A DNA stretch of 24,000 bases, from contig CALURG010000075.1 of NCBI GenBank assembly GCA_944323115.1, positions 1 to 24,000 on the forward strand, in the 5' to 3' direction. The DNA comes from Candidatus Gastranaerophilales bacterium. Lineage in GTDB: Bacteria; Cyanobacteriota; Vampirovibrionia; Gastranaerophilales; Gastranaerophilaceae. Positions 14,746 to 22,185 of the stretch are shown piece by piece; positions within the stretch are counted from its first letter, which is position 1, and the number at the start of each line of letters is the position of its first letter. The notes beneath the pieces were generated by a model that was not told the DNA's origin, searched no databases, and saw nothing but the letters and a program-made list of their open reading frames with translations. Made by a program: the position numbers and the translations under genes.

Positions 14746-15900
14746 ATGAAAAAATTTTTGCTAAAGACTCTTGTTCTTATGGCATTTCTCGGGTTTACAT
14801 CATTGACTTCATTTGCAAAAGATTATCTTGACCTTCCGGAAAGTCATTGGGCTTACAAACAGATTCAAATTTTAACGGATTTCAATGTTGTTGTAGGCTA
14901 CCCTGACGGAAATTATCGTCCTGATCAGGAAGTAACAAGAGCAGAATTTGCAACAATGGTAGTCAAAGCATTTGAACAGCAAAATGCAGAAATTGTAAAT
15001 CCCGTAAAATTTACTGATGTAAGTGAAAAAGATTGGTTCTACGGAATGGTTCAAAGAGCTGTTATGTTTGACCTTCTCAAAGGTTATCCTGACGGACATT
15101 TTGACCCATACGGTACTGTTTCAAGAGGTCATGTGATTTCTACAACAGTTAATGCTTTGACAACAGAAACAATTTCAAACCAAAAAGCTGTAGAAATTCT
15201 TGAAAACAGTTACTCTGACTACAAAGAAATTCCCGATTGGCTGATTATTGCTGCGGGTAAGGCAGAAATACTCGGTATGGTTGTAAAAGCACCGGGTGAA
15301 GAAAATTACATCAACGCAGAAAGACCTGCTACAAGAGCTGAATTGGCAGCATTTCTTGTAAAAATGCTTGAACAGGCAAAACTTAACCCGAATCAAAAAC
15401 TAAAAGAAGCAATGAGTCCGAGACTTGCTGACGGTATTGTTATTCAAAATACAACAGTAGACGGCTATATTGCTACTATCCCGGCAGGAACGGTTATCCC
15501 TATCATGGTTTTGAACAAAGAAATTACAAGCCAAAAATCAAAAGTCGGAGAACAGTTCCTTTCTAAATTACCTAAAAACTTGGTAACAAAAGAAAAATAT
15601 CTTTTGCTTGTTGAAAATGATGCATTGAACGGCAAAATTTCAAATGTAAAAATCGGAAGATTGTTTATTAGAAACGGTGTTGTTGAAATGCAAACACAAA
15701 CTATTACAACAGACAGAAACCAAGTGGCAGCTCTTTGCGGTGATGCTATGGGCGGCAACAGACTCGAAGGTTTCTGGAAAACTCTCTATCTCAAAATCTT
15801 TAAAGGACACAGAGTTGTTGTAAAAGAAGGAGATATCCTAAATCTCAAATTGAGCAAACCTTTGAGAATTGACCTTACAAACGGCATGATTCTTGAATAA
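14746..15900 (+). CDS. SLH-domain (S-layer homology) envelope protein with signal peptide and beta-rich C-terminal domain
   Basis: The ATG at 14746 follows an AGGAGA SD. The signal peptide is MKKFLLKTLVLMAFLGFTSLTSFA. There are three SLH-like repeats: LPESHWAY...GYPDGNYRPDQEVTRAEFA, FTDVSEKDWFY...GYPDGHFDP and YKEIPDWLIIAAG...RPATRAELA. Confidence 0.85.
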   Translation: MKKFLLKTLVLMAFLGFTSLTSFAKDYLDLPESHWAYKQIQILTDFNVVVGYPDGNYRPDQEVTRAEFATMVVKAFEQQNAEIVNPVKFTDVSEKDWFYGMVQRAVMFDLLKGYPDGHFDPYGTVSRGHVISTTVNALTTETISNQKAVEILENSYSDYKEIPDWLIIAAGKAEILGMVVKAPGEENYINAERPATRAELAAFLVKMLEQAKLNPNQKLKEAMSPRLADGIVIQNTTVDGYIATIPAGTVIPIMVLNKEITSQKSKVGEQFLSKLPKNLVTKEKYLLLVENDALNGKISNVKIGRLFIRNGVVEMQTQTITTDRNQVAALCGDAMGGNRLEGFWKTLYLKIFKGHRVVVKEGDILNLKLSKPLRIDLTNGMILE

Positions 15901-15926
15901 CAGAGTTTAAAAAATAAACTTAAAAG

Positions 15927-15961
15927 AAAAACAGGAGACTTATTAAAGCTCCTGTTTTTTT
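15927..15961 (+). terminator. Intrinsic terminator after the SLH gene
   Basis: aaaaaCAGGAGacttattaaagCTCCTGttttttt. The 6-bp core stem pairs 15932-15937 with 15949-15954 and is extended by A/T pairs. A T7 run follows at 15955-15961. Confidence 0.6.
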
Positions 15962-16005
15962 ATTATATAATTTTGACAGAAGATACAAATTGAGGAGAAT
16001 ATACT

Positions 16006-17538
16006 ATGACAGATAATAAAAAAAGAGTTTTGCTGTGTATTATGGACGGCTGGGGACTTAGCACAGACAGTCCGAAAAATGCTATAAAAACAGCAAACAC
16101 ACCGAATTTTGACAGACTTAAATCAGAACAAAAATATACTCAAATAAATGCCTCAGGCGAGTATGTCGGACTTCCTGACGGACAAATGGGAAACTCTGAA
16201 GTCGGTCACTTGAATCTTGGTGCAGGAAGAATAGTTTATCAGGATTTGACAAGGATTAATAAAGCAATAAGAGAAGGCTCTTTCTTTGAAAATGCTGCAC
16301 TGAAGGCTGCTATTGAACATGTCAAAAAGAATGATTCCGCACTGCATTTGTACGGACTTGTTTCAACTGGCGGTGTTCACAGTTCTTTTGACCATTTGAA
16401 AGCTCTCATAAAAATGGCAGCACAAAACGGACTAAAAAGAGTTTATGTTCATGCCTTCCTGGATGGCAGAGATACACCTCCAAAAAGTGCAATCAACTTC
16501 CTTGCCGAGCTTGAAGATGAATTGAAAAAATATAACCTGCCTCAGATTGCCACAATTTCAGGCAGATACTGGGCAATGGACAGAGACAACAGATGGGATA
16601 GGGTTGAAAAAGCTTACAATGCTCTTTTATTTGGCGAAGGAGAACACGCTGCAAATTCAGACGAAGCTATTAAAGCTTCTTACGAAAAAGAAATTACCGA
16701 TGAATTTGTTGAACCGACAATCACAAACCCTGATGCTGATTCTCGTATAAAAGACAATGATGCGGTTATCTTTTTCAACTACAGACCTGACAGAGCAAGA
16801 GAAATCACAAGAGCAATGACGTTTGAAAACTTTGACGGATTTTCAAGAAAAGCTGTCAGAAAAAATCTTTTCTATGTATGTTTTACGCAGTATGATGAGA
16901 CATTCCCGCTGACAATAGCATTTCCTCCGGAAAAGTTGACGAATATTCTTGGTGATGTACTTGATGAAAACGGAATAAAACAATTTAGAACAGCTGAAAC
17001 TGAAAAGTATGCTCATATCACATTTTTCTTTAACGGCGGTGAAGAAAAAGAAGGTAAATACGAAACAAGAGCACTTGTAGCATCTCCGAAAGTTGCAACA
17101 TACGACTTGCAGCCGGAAATGAGTGCTCCGGCTGTTTGCAAGAATGTACTTGATGCTTTGGACAATCCTGAATATCAATTTATTCTTGTGAATTTTGCAA
17201 ATCCGGATATGGTAGGGCATACAGGCGTGTTTGATGCTGCTGTGAAGGCAATCGAAACAGTAGATACTTGTGTCGGAAAAATTGCTGACAAAGCTATTCA
17301 AAACGGAGTAACAATGCTTTTGACAGCAGATCACGGAAATGCAGAGTGTATGGAAGACCCAAAAACGCATGCACCGTTTACTGCACACACAACAAATCCC
17401 GTTCCGTTTATTCTTATAAACGGAGGAAATGCAGAGTTGAAAGAAACAGGTGCACTTTGTGATGTTGCACCAACTGTTCTTCAAATACTCGGTATCAAAC
17501 AGCCTGCTGAAATGACCGGTAAATCACTTATAAAGTAG
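16006..17538 (+). CDS. gpmI: 2,3-bisphosphoglycerate-independent phosphoglycerate mutase
   Basis: The 510-aa protein has LCIMDGWG, GNSEVGHLNLGAGR, DGRDTPP, NFANPDMVGHTG and TADHGNAE. A GAGGAG SD lies 8 nt upstream. Confidence 0.96.
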   Translation: MTDNKKRVLLCIMDGWGLSTDSPKNAIKTANTPNFDRLKSEQKYTQINASGEYVGLPDGQMGNSEVGHLNLGAGRIVYQDLTRINKAIREGSFFENAALKAAIEHVKKNDSALHLYGLVSTGGVHSSFDHLKALIKMAAQNGLKRVYVHAFLDGRDTPPKSAINFLAELEDELKKYNLPQIATISGRYWAMDRDNRWDRVEKAYNALLFGEGEHAANSDEAIKASYEKEITDEFVEPTITNPDADSRIKDNDAVIFFNYRPDRAREITRAMTFENFDGFSRKAVRKNLFYVCFTQYDETFPLTIAFPPEKLTNILGDVLDENGIKQFRTAETEKYAHITFFFNGGEEKEGKYETRALVASPKVATYDLQPEMSAPAVCKNVLDALDNPEYQFILVNFANPDMVGHTGVFDAAVKAIETVDTCVGKIADKAIQNGVTMLLTADHGNAECMEDPKTHAPFTAHTTNPVPFILINGGNAELKETGALCDVAPTVLQILGIKQPAEMTGKSLIK

Positions 17539-17734
17539 AGTTTTATCTGTCGCAGCCGTTTTAATTATTTTGAGTTTGTCTTCGGCGATAAGTTGTTGGA
17601 GAGCATATATAGCATATTAGCTTATTGCAATTATGTTAATTAGTGTAAACAATAAAAATAAAAAATAACAAAATAATATTTTCTTTGTTTTTTAAAAAAA
17701 CATAATATCACAAGTTTTGTACAAAGGAGACAAA

Positions 17735-18037
17735 ATGGCAATAAACAGGCTTGCGGCAGAGACTATTATACAACAGGTTCCTAAAAAACTCAGAGACGCT
17801 GCCCGTGTGGAAAGAAAACTTATAAATCAATACATGAAAGAAGATCCTGTAGGTCATTCTTTTAAAGTTTCTCACAGTGGTTTTGAATATTCAAACAATG
17901 ATAAACTGAGAATGTTGATTTCTGAAATAAACACAAAAATATCTTCTGAAATTTATGCACAAAACAAAAAAGCTCAACAGGATATGATTAAATTATTCAA
18001 TTCTGGTGCACCTTTTTCAGAAATATTTTTAGGATAA
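17735..18037 (+). CDS. Small hypothetical protein (100 aa), no recognised family
   Basis: The ATG at 17735 is preceded by AAAGGAGA. The ORF is open with an ordinary amino-acid composition. I see no signal peptide and no motifs I can name. Confidence 0.55.
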   Translation: MAINRLAAETIIQQVPKKLRDAARVERKLINQYMKEDPVGHSFKVSHSGFEYSNNDKLRMLISEINTKISSEIYAQNKKAQQDMIKLFNSGAPFSEIFLG

Positions 18038-18062
18038 TTTGACATTCATATATGTACTTTTT

Positions 18063-18097
18063 AAGATAGGTCTATGAAACAATCAGACCTATCTTTT
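18063..18097 (+). promoter_or_regulatory. Perfect 11-bp hairpin plus U-tract (terminator/attenuator-like) with the acsD-like ATG in its loop
   Basis: aagataggtct (18063-18073) is the exact reverse complement of agacctatctt (18085-18095). The 11-nt loop atgaaacaatc begins with the start codon at 18074. The stem runs into TTTTaatt. Confidence 0.55.
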
Positions 18098-18928
18098 AAT
18101 TATGCTGAAAAAATAAGACAAATCGATTTTTCGGGGTTGAAAATCGGCGGTGCGTCGGCATTACCGTTTATGAAAGAGAATAATAATACGGAAAAACCTG
18201 TATTTGCATTGGAATTTTTGTATTCGTCACCTGATTTTTGTGCTGAAATTCAAAAAGAAAACAATGCTGATATAATTTCAATAAAATTTGATATTTCGGA
18301 AGAAAATCTTGAACAAAAACTTATGGACATAAAAGAGTTTTTGGTATCAAAAACCGGGTTGTATTCTCTCGTAAAAAAGCCTTTGATTTTGCGTGGTGCA
18401 AACAGAAGTGAAATCGACAGATTGCTGATACCTCTCCTTGCAGAAAACGCAAAAGAAGAGACAATCATTGCTTTTGCTGAAGAGGATACTTTTGAAGATA
18501 TTGTTCCTTCCGTAATAAAAAACAATCATATACTGGTTTTGAGAACACCGATTGATATCAATCTTGCAAAAGAGCTGAATGTTCTTACCATTGACAAAGG
18601 ACTCAGTCCGGACAGGATTTTGATTGATCCGGATATGGGAGGTTTGGGTTACGGATTGGATTACGGATACAGTATTATTGAAAAAATCCGACAAGCTGCG
18701 TTTGACAATGACAATATGCTAAATATGCCCATTATCGCTTTTATCGGGGAGGAATCCTACAGAGCAAAAGAAGCCAAGTCGGATACATTTTCAAATCAAT
18801 GGGGAAATTTTGAAGAAAGAACAGCCATGTGGGAAATTGCAGGTGCGTCGGCAATGATTAGTGCAGGTGCTGATATAGTTGTGTTGTGGAATAAAAAAAG
18901 TATTGATACATTGAAAGGGCTGATATAA
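18074..18928 (+). CDS. acsD: Corrinoid iron-sulfur protein small subunit (AcsD / CdhD-like)
   Basis: RTPIDINLAKELNVL...DPDMGGLGYGLDYGYSIIEKIRQAAF..MLNMPII...RAKEA...WE closely parallels the C-terminal half of AcsD as I recall it from Moorella ([53 protein letters not shown]). Confidence 0.8.
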   Translation: MKQSDLSFNYAEKIRQIDFSGLKIGGASALPFMKENNNTEKPVFALEFLYSSPDFCAEIQKENNADIISIKFDISEENLEQKLMDIKEFLVSKTGLYSLVKKPLILRGANRSEIDRLLIPLLAENAKEETIIAFAEEDTFEDIVPSVIKNNHILVLRTPIDINLAKELNVLTIDKGLSPDRILIDPDMGGLGYGLDYGYSIIEKIRQAAFDNDNMLNMPIIAFIGEESYRAKEAKSDTFSNQWGNFEERTAMWEIAGASAMISAGADIVVLWNKKSIDTLKGLI

Positions 18929-20172
18929 TGGAACTTACGGGACTTCAAATATTTAAATATCTGCCCGGTGCAAAAAAACTCCCTGAATCAAACTGCAAAA
19001 AATGCGGATTTCCTACTTGTATGGCATTTGCTTTGAAACTTGCAAAAAAAGAAACGGATATAGAAAAATGTCCTTATGTTCCGCAAGAATTGAGTGAAAA
19101 ATTTTTTGAATCATCTAAAATTCAACAGCATGAAATCAAACTGTCTGAAAGTGTTGTAACAGGCGGTGAAACTGTTATGTTCAGGCATGACAAAACTTTT
19201 GTCAACAAAACTGTTTTGGCTGTTGAACTTGATTGTGATGACAAAAATTTTGACAAAATATTAGCCGAACTTGCCTCTTACCAGGTTGAAAGAATAGGTG
19301 AAATTTTTAAAGTTGATGCAATATATTTAACAGGTAACGAAAAAACAGAAAATTATCAAGCGGCGGTTGAAAAAGTTAAAAAAGCAGGATTGGCATTGAT
19401 TTTTCATGAAACAGAAAATTATAAAATTGTAAAAGGTTCTGATATAGAAGATTTAATCCAAAAAGCCGAATCGGCATTGAAACAGTGCGGGAAAAAACTC
19501 ATACTGGAACTTGAATTACAGGACACAGCAATACAACAAACTGTTGAGCAATTGACTTACATAAGAAGAGCTGCTGTTTTGAAAAGATTTGAACCTTTGA
19601 CTTTTCCGGTTTTGGTTAAGATACCGGAAAAACTTTCTGTATTGGAAGCTTGTGCGGCAGGTGCTTTTTATATTTGCCGTTATGCAAATATAATTGTTTT
19701 AAGCAAAAAACAAGGTGAGAACAAGGCTCTTTTGTCAACACTGCTTACTTTGAGACAGAGCATTTATACAAATCCTCAAAAACCTTTGCAGGTGGAAGCA
19801 AAAGTTTATGAATTTAACGAGCCGGACGAAAATTCACCGATACTTTTAACAACAAATTTTGCACTTACGTATTTTGCGGTGGCAGGAGAATTGGAGTCGC
19901 TTCCGTTCGGTTCATATCTGGTCGTCACGCCTTCTGACGGAATGAGCGTTCTCACAGCTTGGTCGGCAGACAAGTTTACGGCGGAGCTTGTTGCAAAATC
20001 CGTAAAAAATTATGATTTACTAAACAAAGTAAAAACACGAACAATAATTATTCCGGGTCTTTTGTCTCACATGCGAGAAGAACTGCAAGAAGCAATGCCT
20101 GAATGGAAAATAGTGTCGGGAACAATCGATGCTTGTCAGATTCCGGAATTTTTAAAAAAACAGGATAGGTAA
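18928..20172 (+). CDS. acsC: Corrinoid iron-sulfur protein large subunit (AcsC / CdhE-like) with N-terminal [4Fe-4S] motif
   Basis: The N-terminus LTGLQIFKYLPG..NCKKCGFPTCMAFALKLAKKETDIEKCPYV contains Cx2Cx4Cx16C, the CFeSP cluster motif. The C-terminus LLTTNFALTYFAV.GE...GMSVLTAWSADKFTAE...IIPGL matches the corrinoid-binding domain pattern. Its start overlaps the acsD-like stop (ATAATG). Confidence 0.85.
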   Translation: MELTGLQIFKYLPGAKKLPESNCKKCGFPTCMAFALKLAKKETDIEKCPYVPQELSEKFFESSKIQQHEIKLSESVVTGGETVMFRHDKTFVNKTVLAVELDCDDKNFDKILAELASYQVERIGEIFKVDAIYLTGNEKTENYQAAVEKVKKAGLALIFHETENYKIVKGSDIEDLIQKAESALKQCGKKLILELELQDTAIQQTVEQLTYIRRAAVLKRFEPLTFPVLVKIPEKLSVLEACAAGAFYICRYANIIVLSKKQGENKALLSTLLTLRQSIYTNPQKPLQVEAKVYEFNEPDENSPILLTTNFALTYFAVAGELESLPFGSYLVVTPSDGMSVLTAWSADKFTAELVAKSVKNYDLLNKVKTRTIIIPGLLSHMREELQEAMPEWKIVSGTIDACQIPEFLKKQDR

Positions 20173-20178
20173 AATACA

Positions 20179-21066
20179 ATGCAAGAAATTCAAAAAACAG
20201 AAACTCCTTTAAAAATTGCTATTCCGAACAAAGGTCGTATGTCTGAAAAAATATACGAACTTTTAAACAATGCCGGATTAAACTTTCCTTCAAAAGACGA
20301 AAGAAACCTCCAGGTTACGACAAAAGACGGCAAACACAGACTTATTTTTGTTAGGACGGCTGATATACCTCGTTTTTTGGAAGCGGGAGTTGCTGATATA
20401 GGTTTCACGGGATTTGATATAGTTACGGAACTTGATGCAGACGTCGAAAAACTGATGGATTTAGATTTTGGGAACTGTGAAATGGTTGTCGCCGTGAAAG
20501 AAGAAGACCCCTATGACTGCGTATCTGATTTGCCGGAACGGATAAATGTTGCAACTTCTTTTCCTAACATAGCAAGAGAATATCTTGAAAAAGCGGGTAA
20601 AAAACCTAAAATTATCGAAGTTTCCGGTGCAACCGAAATCACCCCGAGACTCGGGTTGTCTGATGTTGTTGTAGACATTACATCCTCCGGTTCAACATTA
20701 AAATCAAATAAACTTAAAATCATAGAAAAAATTCTTTCTTCAAGTGCAATAATTATTGCAAGAAAAGGTCTTGATTCTTATCTTCAAAAAAAAGCGGAGA
20801 CTCTTCTTGTTGCAATAAAATCGGTACTTGAGGCTCGTGAAAAAAAATATTTAATGGCGAATGTGCCCAAAAATAAACTGGAAGAAATAAAAAAATTTCT
20901 TCCCGGTTTTACTGCACCTACTGTTATGTCTATGATGGGTGATGAAAACAATGTGGTAATACACGTTGTTGTAGATGCAGACAAAGTATTTGACAGTGTG
21001 GAAAAACTAAAAGCTCTTGGCGGGCAGGGTATACTGATTATGACTGTTGATCAAATGGTCAGATAA
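20179..21066 (+). CDS. hisG: ATP phosphoribosyltransferase, long form (HisG-L)
   Basis: LKIAIPNKGRMSE, DIGFTGFDIV and VVDITSSGSTLKSNKL are present. The C-terminal regulatory domain is also there (EAREKKYLMANVP...LPGFTAPTV...KLKALGGQGILI). The start lies 6 nt after the acsC-like stop. Confidence 0.92.
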   Translation: MQEIQKTETPLKIAIPNKGRMSEKIYELLNNAGLNFPSKDERNLQVTTKDGKHRLIFVRTADIPRFLEAGVADIGFTGFDIVTELDADVEKLMDLDFGNCEMVVAVKEEDPYDCVSDLPERINVATSFPNIAREYLEKAGKKPKIIEVSGATEITPRLGLSDVVVDITSSGSTLKSNKLKIIEKILSSSAIIIARKGLDSYLQKKAETLLVAIKSVLEAREKKYLMANVPKNKLEEIKKFLPGFTAPTVMSMMGDENNVVIHVVVDADKVFDSVEKLKALGGQGILIMTVDQMVR

Positions 21067-21082
21067 TTTTAAGGAAAACAAA

Positions 21083-21853
21083 ATGAACTATCCTCAATTG
21101 GAAAGACTTATCGATATTTTATCAACGCTCAGAGGTGAAAACGGATGTGATTGGGATAAAGCACAAACGCATTATTCACTCAAAAAGAATATGATAGAAG
21201 AAGCATATGAGGCGGTTGATGCGATAGAAGACGGTGATTGTGAACATCTGAAAGAAGAACTGGGTGATGTCCTTTTGCAGGTTGTACTGCACTCTCAAAT
21301 AGCAAAAGAAGCAAATGAATTTACTATTGAAGATGTTGCAAAAGGAATTTCTGACAAACTTGTACACAGACACCCTCATGTGTTTGGCAATACAAAAGTA
21401 AACGGAACAAAAGATATTCTCGACAACTGGGAAAAACTAAAAGCTGAAGAGAAAAAACACAGAAAGTCTGCAATGGATGGTATATCCAAAGCTCAATCCG
21501 CATTGATGAGTGCTCAAAAAATCAGTAAAAATGCTGTGAAAAAAGGGTTTGAATGGCCGAATGAAGAATCGTTGTGGGAGTGTTTTAATTCGGAAATAAA
21601 AGAGTTTAAAGAAGCTGTTTCAAAAAATGATAAAGAAAACGCAGAAGAAGAACTCGGAGATTTGCTTTTTGCCGCAGTAAATCTCGCAAGATGGAACAAA
21701 ATCGATGCCGAACAGGCTCTTTTGAAAGCAAACAGAAAGTTTATGGCTCGTTTCAGAAAAATGGAAGAACTTGCAACAAAACCTCTTGAAGACTACTCTT
21801 TTGAGGAATACGACATGTTATGGAAGCAGGCTAAAAAAGCTCTTCTGCAATAA
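21083..21853 (+). CDS. mazG: Nucleoside triphosphate pyrophosphohydrolase MazG (tandem MazG domains)
   Basis: GCDWDKAQTH, EELGDVLLQVVLH, HPHVF and a second EELGDLLFAAVNLAR are present. The ATG at 21083 follows AAGGAAAA. The track start at 21047 overlaps hisG and adds a non-homologous extension. Confidence 0.9.
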   Translation: MNYPQLERLIDILSTLRGENGCDWDKAQTHYSLKKNMIEEAYEAVDAIEDGDCEHLKEELGDVLLQVVLHSQIAKEANEFTIEDVAKGISDKLVHRHPHVFGNTKVNGTKDILDNWEKLKAEEKKHRKSAMDGISKAQSALMSAQKISKNAVKKGFEWPNEESLWECFNSEIKEFKEAVSKNDKENAEEELGDLLFAAVNLARWNKIDAEQALLKANRKFMARFRKMEELATKPLEDYSFEEYDMLWKQAKKALLQ

Positions 21854-21875
21854 TCTTATTTTCTCAACCGCACAA

Positions 21876-21889
21876 TGTAAAATTTTACA
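21876..21889. promoter_or_regulatory. Perfect 14-bp palindrome TGTAAAATTTTACA upstream of rubredoxin/FDP, candidate operator
   Basis: The sequence is exactly self-complementary. It overlaps a TACAAT -10-like hexamer (21886-21891) and lies 83 nt upstream of the rubredoxin ATG. Confidence 0.35.
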
Positions 21890-21971
21890 ATATTTAATTT
21901 AGACTGTACGGCAATTTATTTTTATTGGATAATAACTTATACTGCTCAGGTAAAACAACGAGGAGCAAAAG

Positions 21972-22115
21972 ATGGACAAAGATATTTATGTTTGCCTGGT
22001 ATGTGGATACGAATATGATCCGGCCGAACATGATGACATTAGCTTTCAAGATTTACCTGCGGATTGGACTTGTCCTGTTTGTAATGTCGGAAAAGATAAT
22101 TTTACAAAGGCTTGA
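21972..22115 (+). CDS. Rubredoxin (47 aa), absent from the ORF track
   Basis: My manual translation is [47 protein letters not shown]. It has the two rubredoxin knuckles CxxCG and CPxC. An AGGAG SD (21961-21965) lies 6 nt upstream. The TGA stop is at 22113-22115. Confidence 0.88.
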   Translation: MDKDIYVCLVCGYEYDPAEHDDISFQDLPADWTCPVCNVGKDNFTKA

Positions 22116-22185
22116 CCGTTTCGAAAATTGATATTTGTAAGGGTTTTTGGCAGTAGATCCCCTTGATTTTAAGGAGACAGCTACT

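Noticed and set aside
16843-17484. A 213-aa minus-strand ORF, Cys/Phe/Lys-rich, lying opposite gpmI.
   Set aside because: It lies entirely antisense to a very confidently identified gene. Its composition is typical of a shadow ORF in AT-rich DNA, and it has no motifs or SD.
17539-17734. A possible cobalamin riboswitch or other leader RNA in the 196-nt region upstream of the corrinoid-protein block.
   Set aside because: I could not find a B12-box-like element or convincing conserved helices. The region is mostly A/T runs. A covariance-model scan (Rfam cmscan) would be needed to be definitive.
21925-22131. The 68-aa ORF listed in the track upstream of the FDP gene.
   Set aside because: A different frame of the same DNA encodes a canonical rubredoxin with an SD. 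The 68-aa product has no recognisable features.
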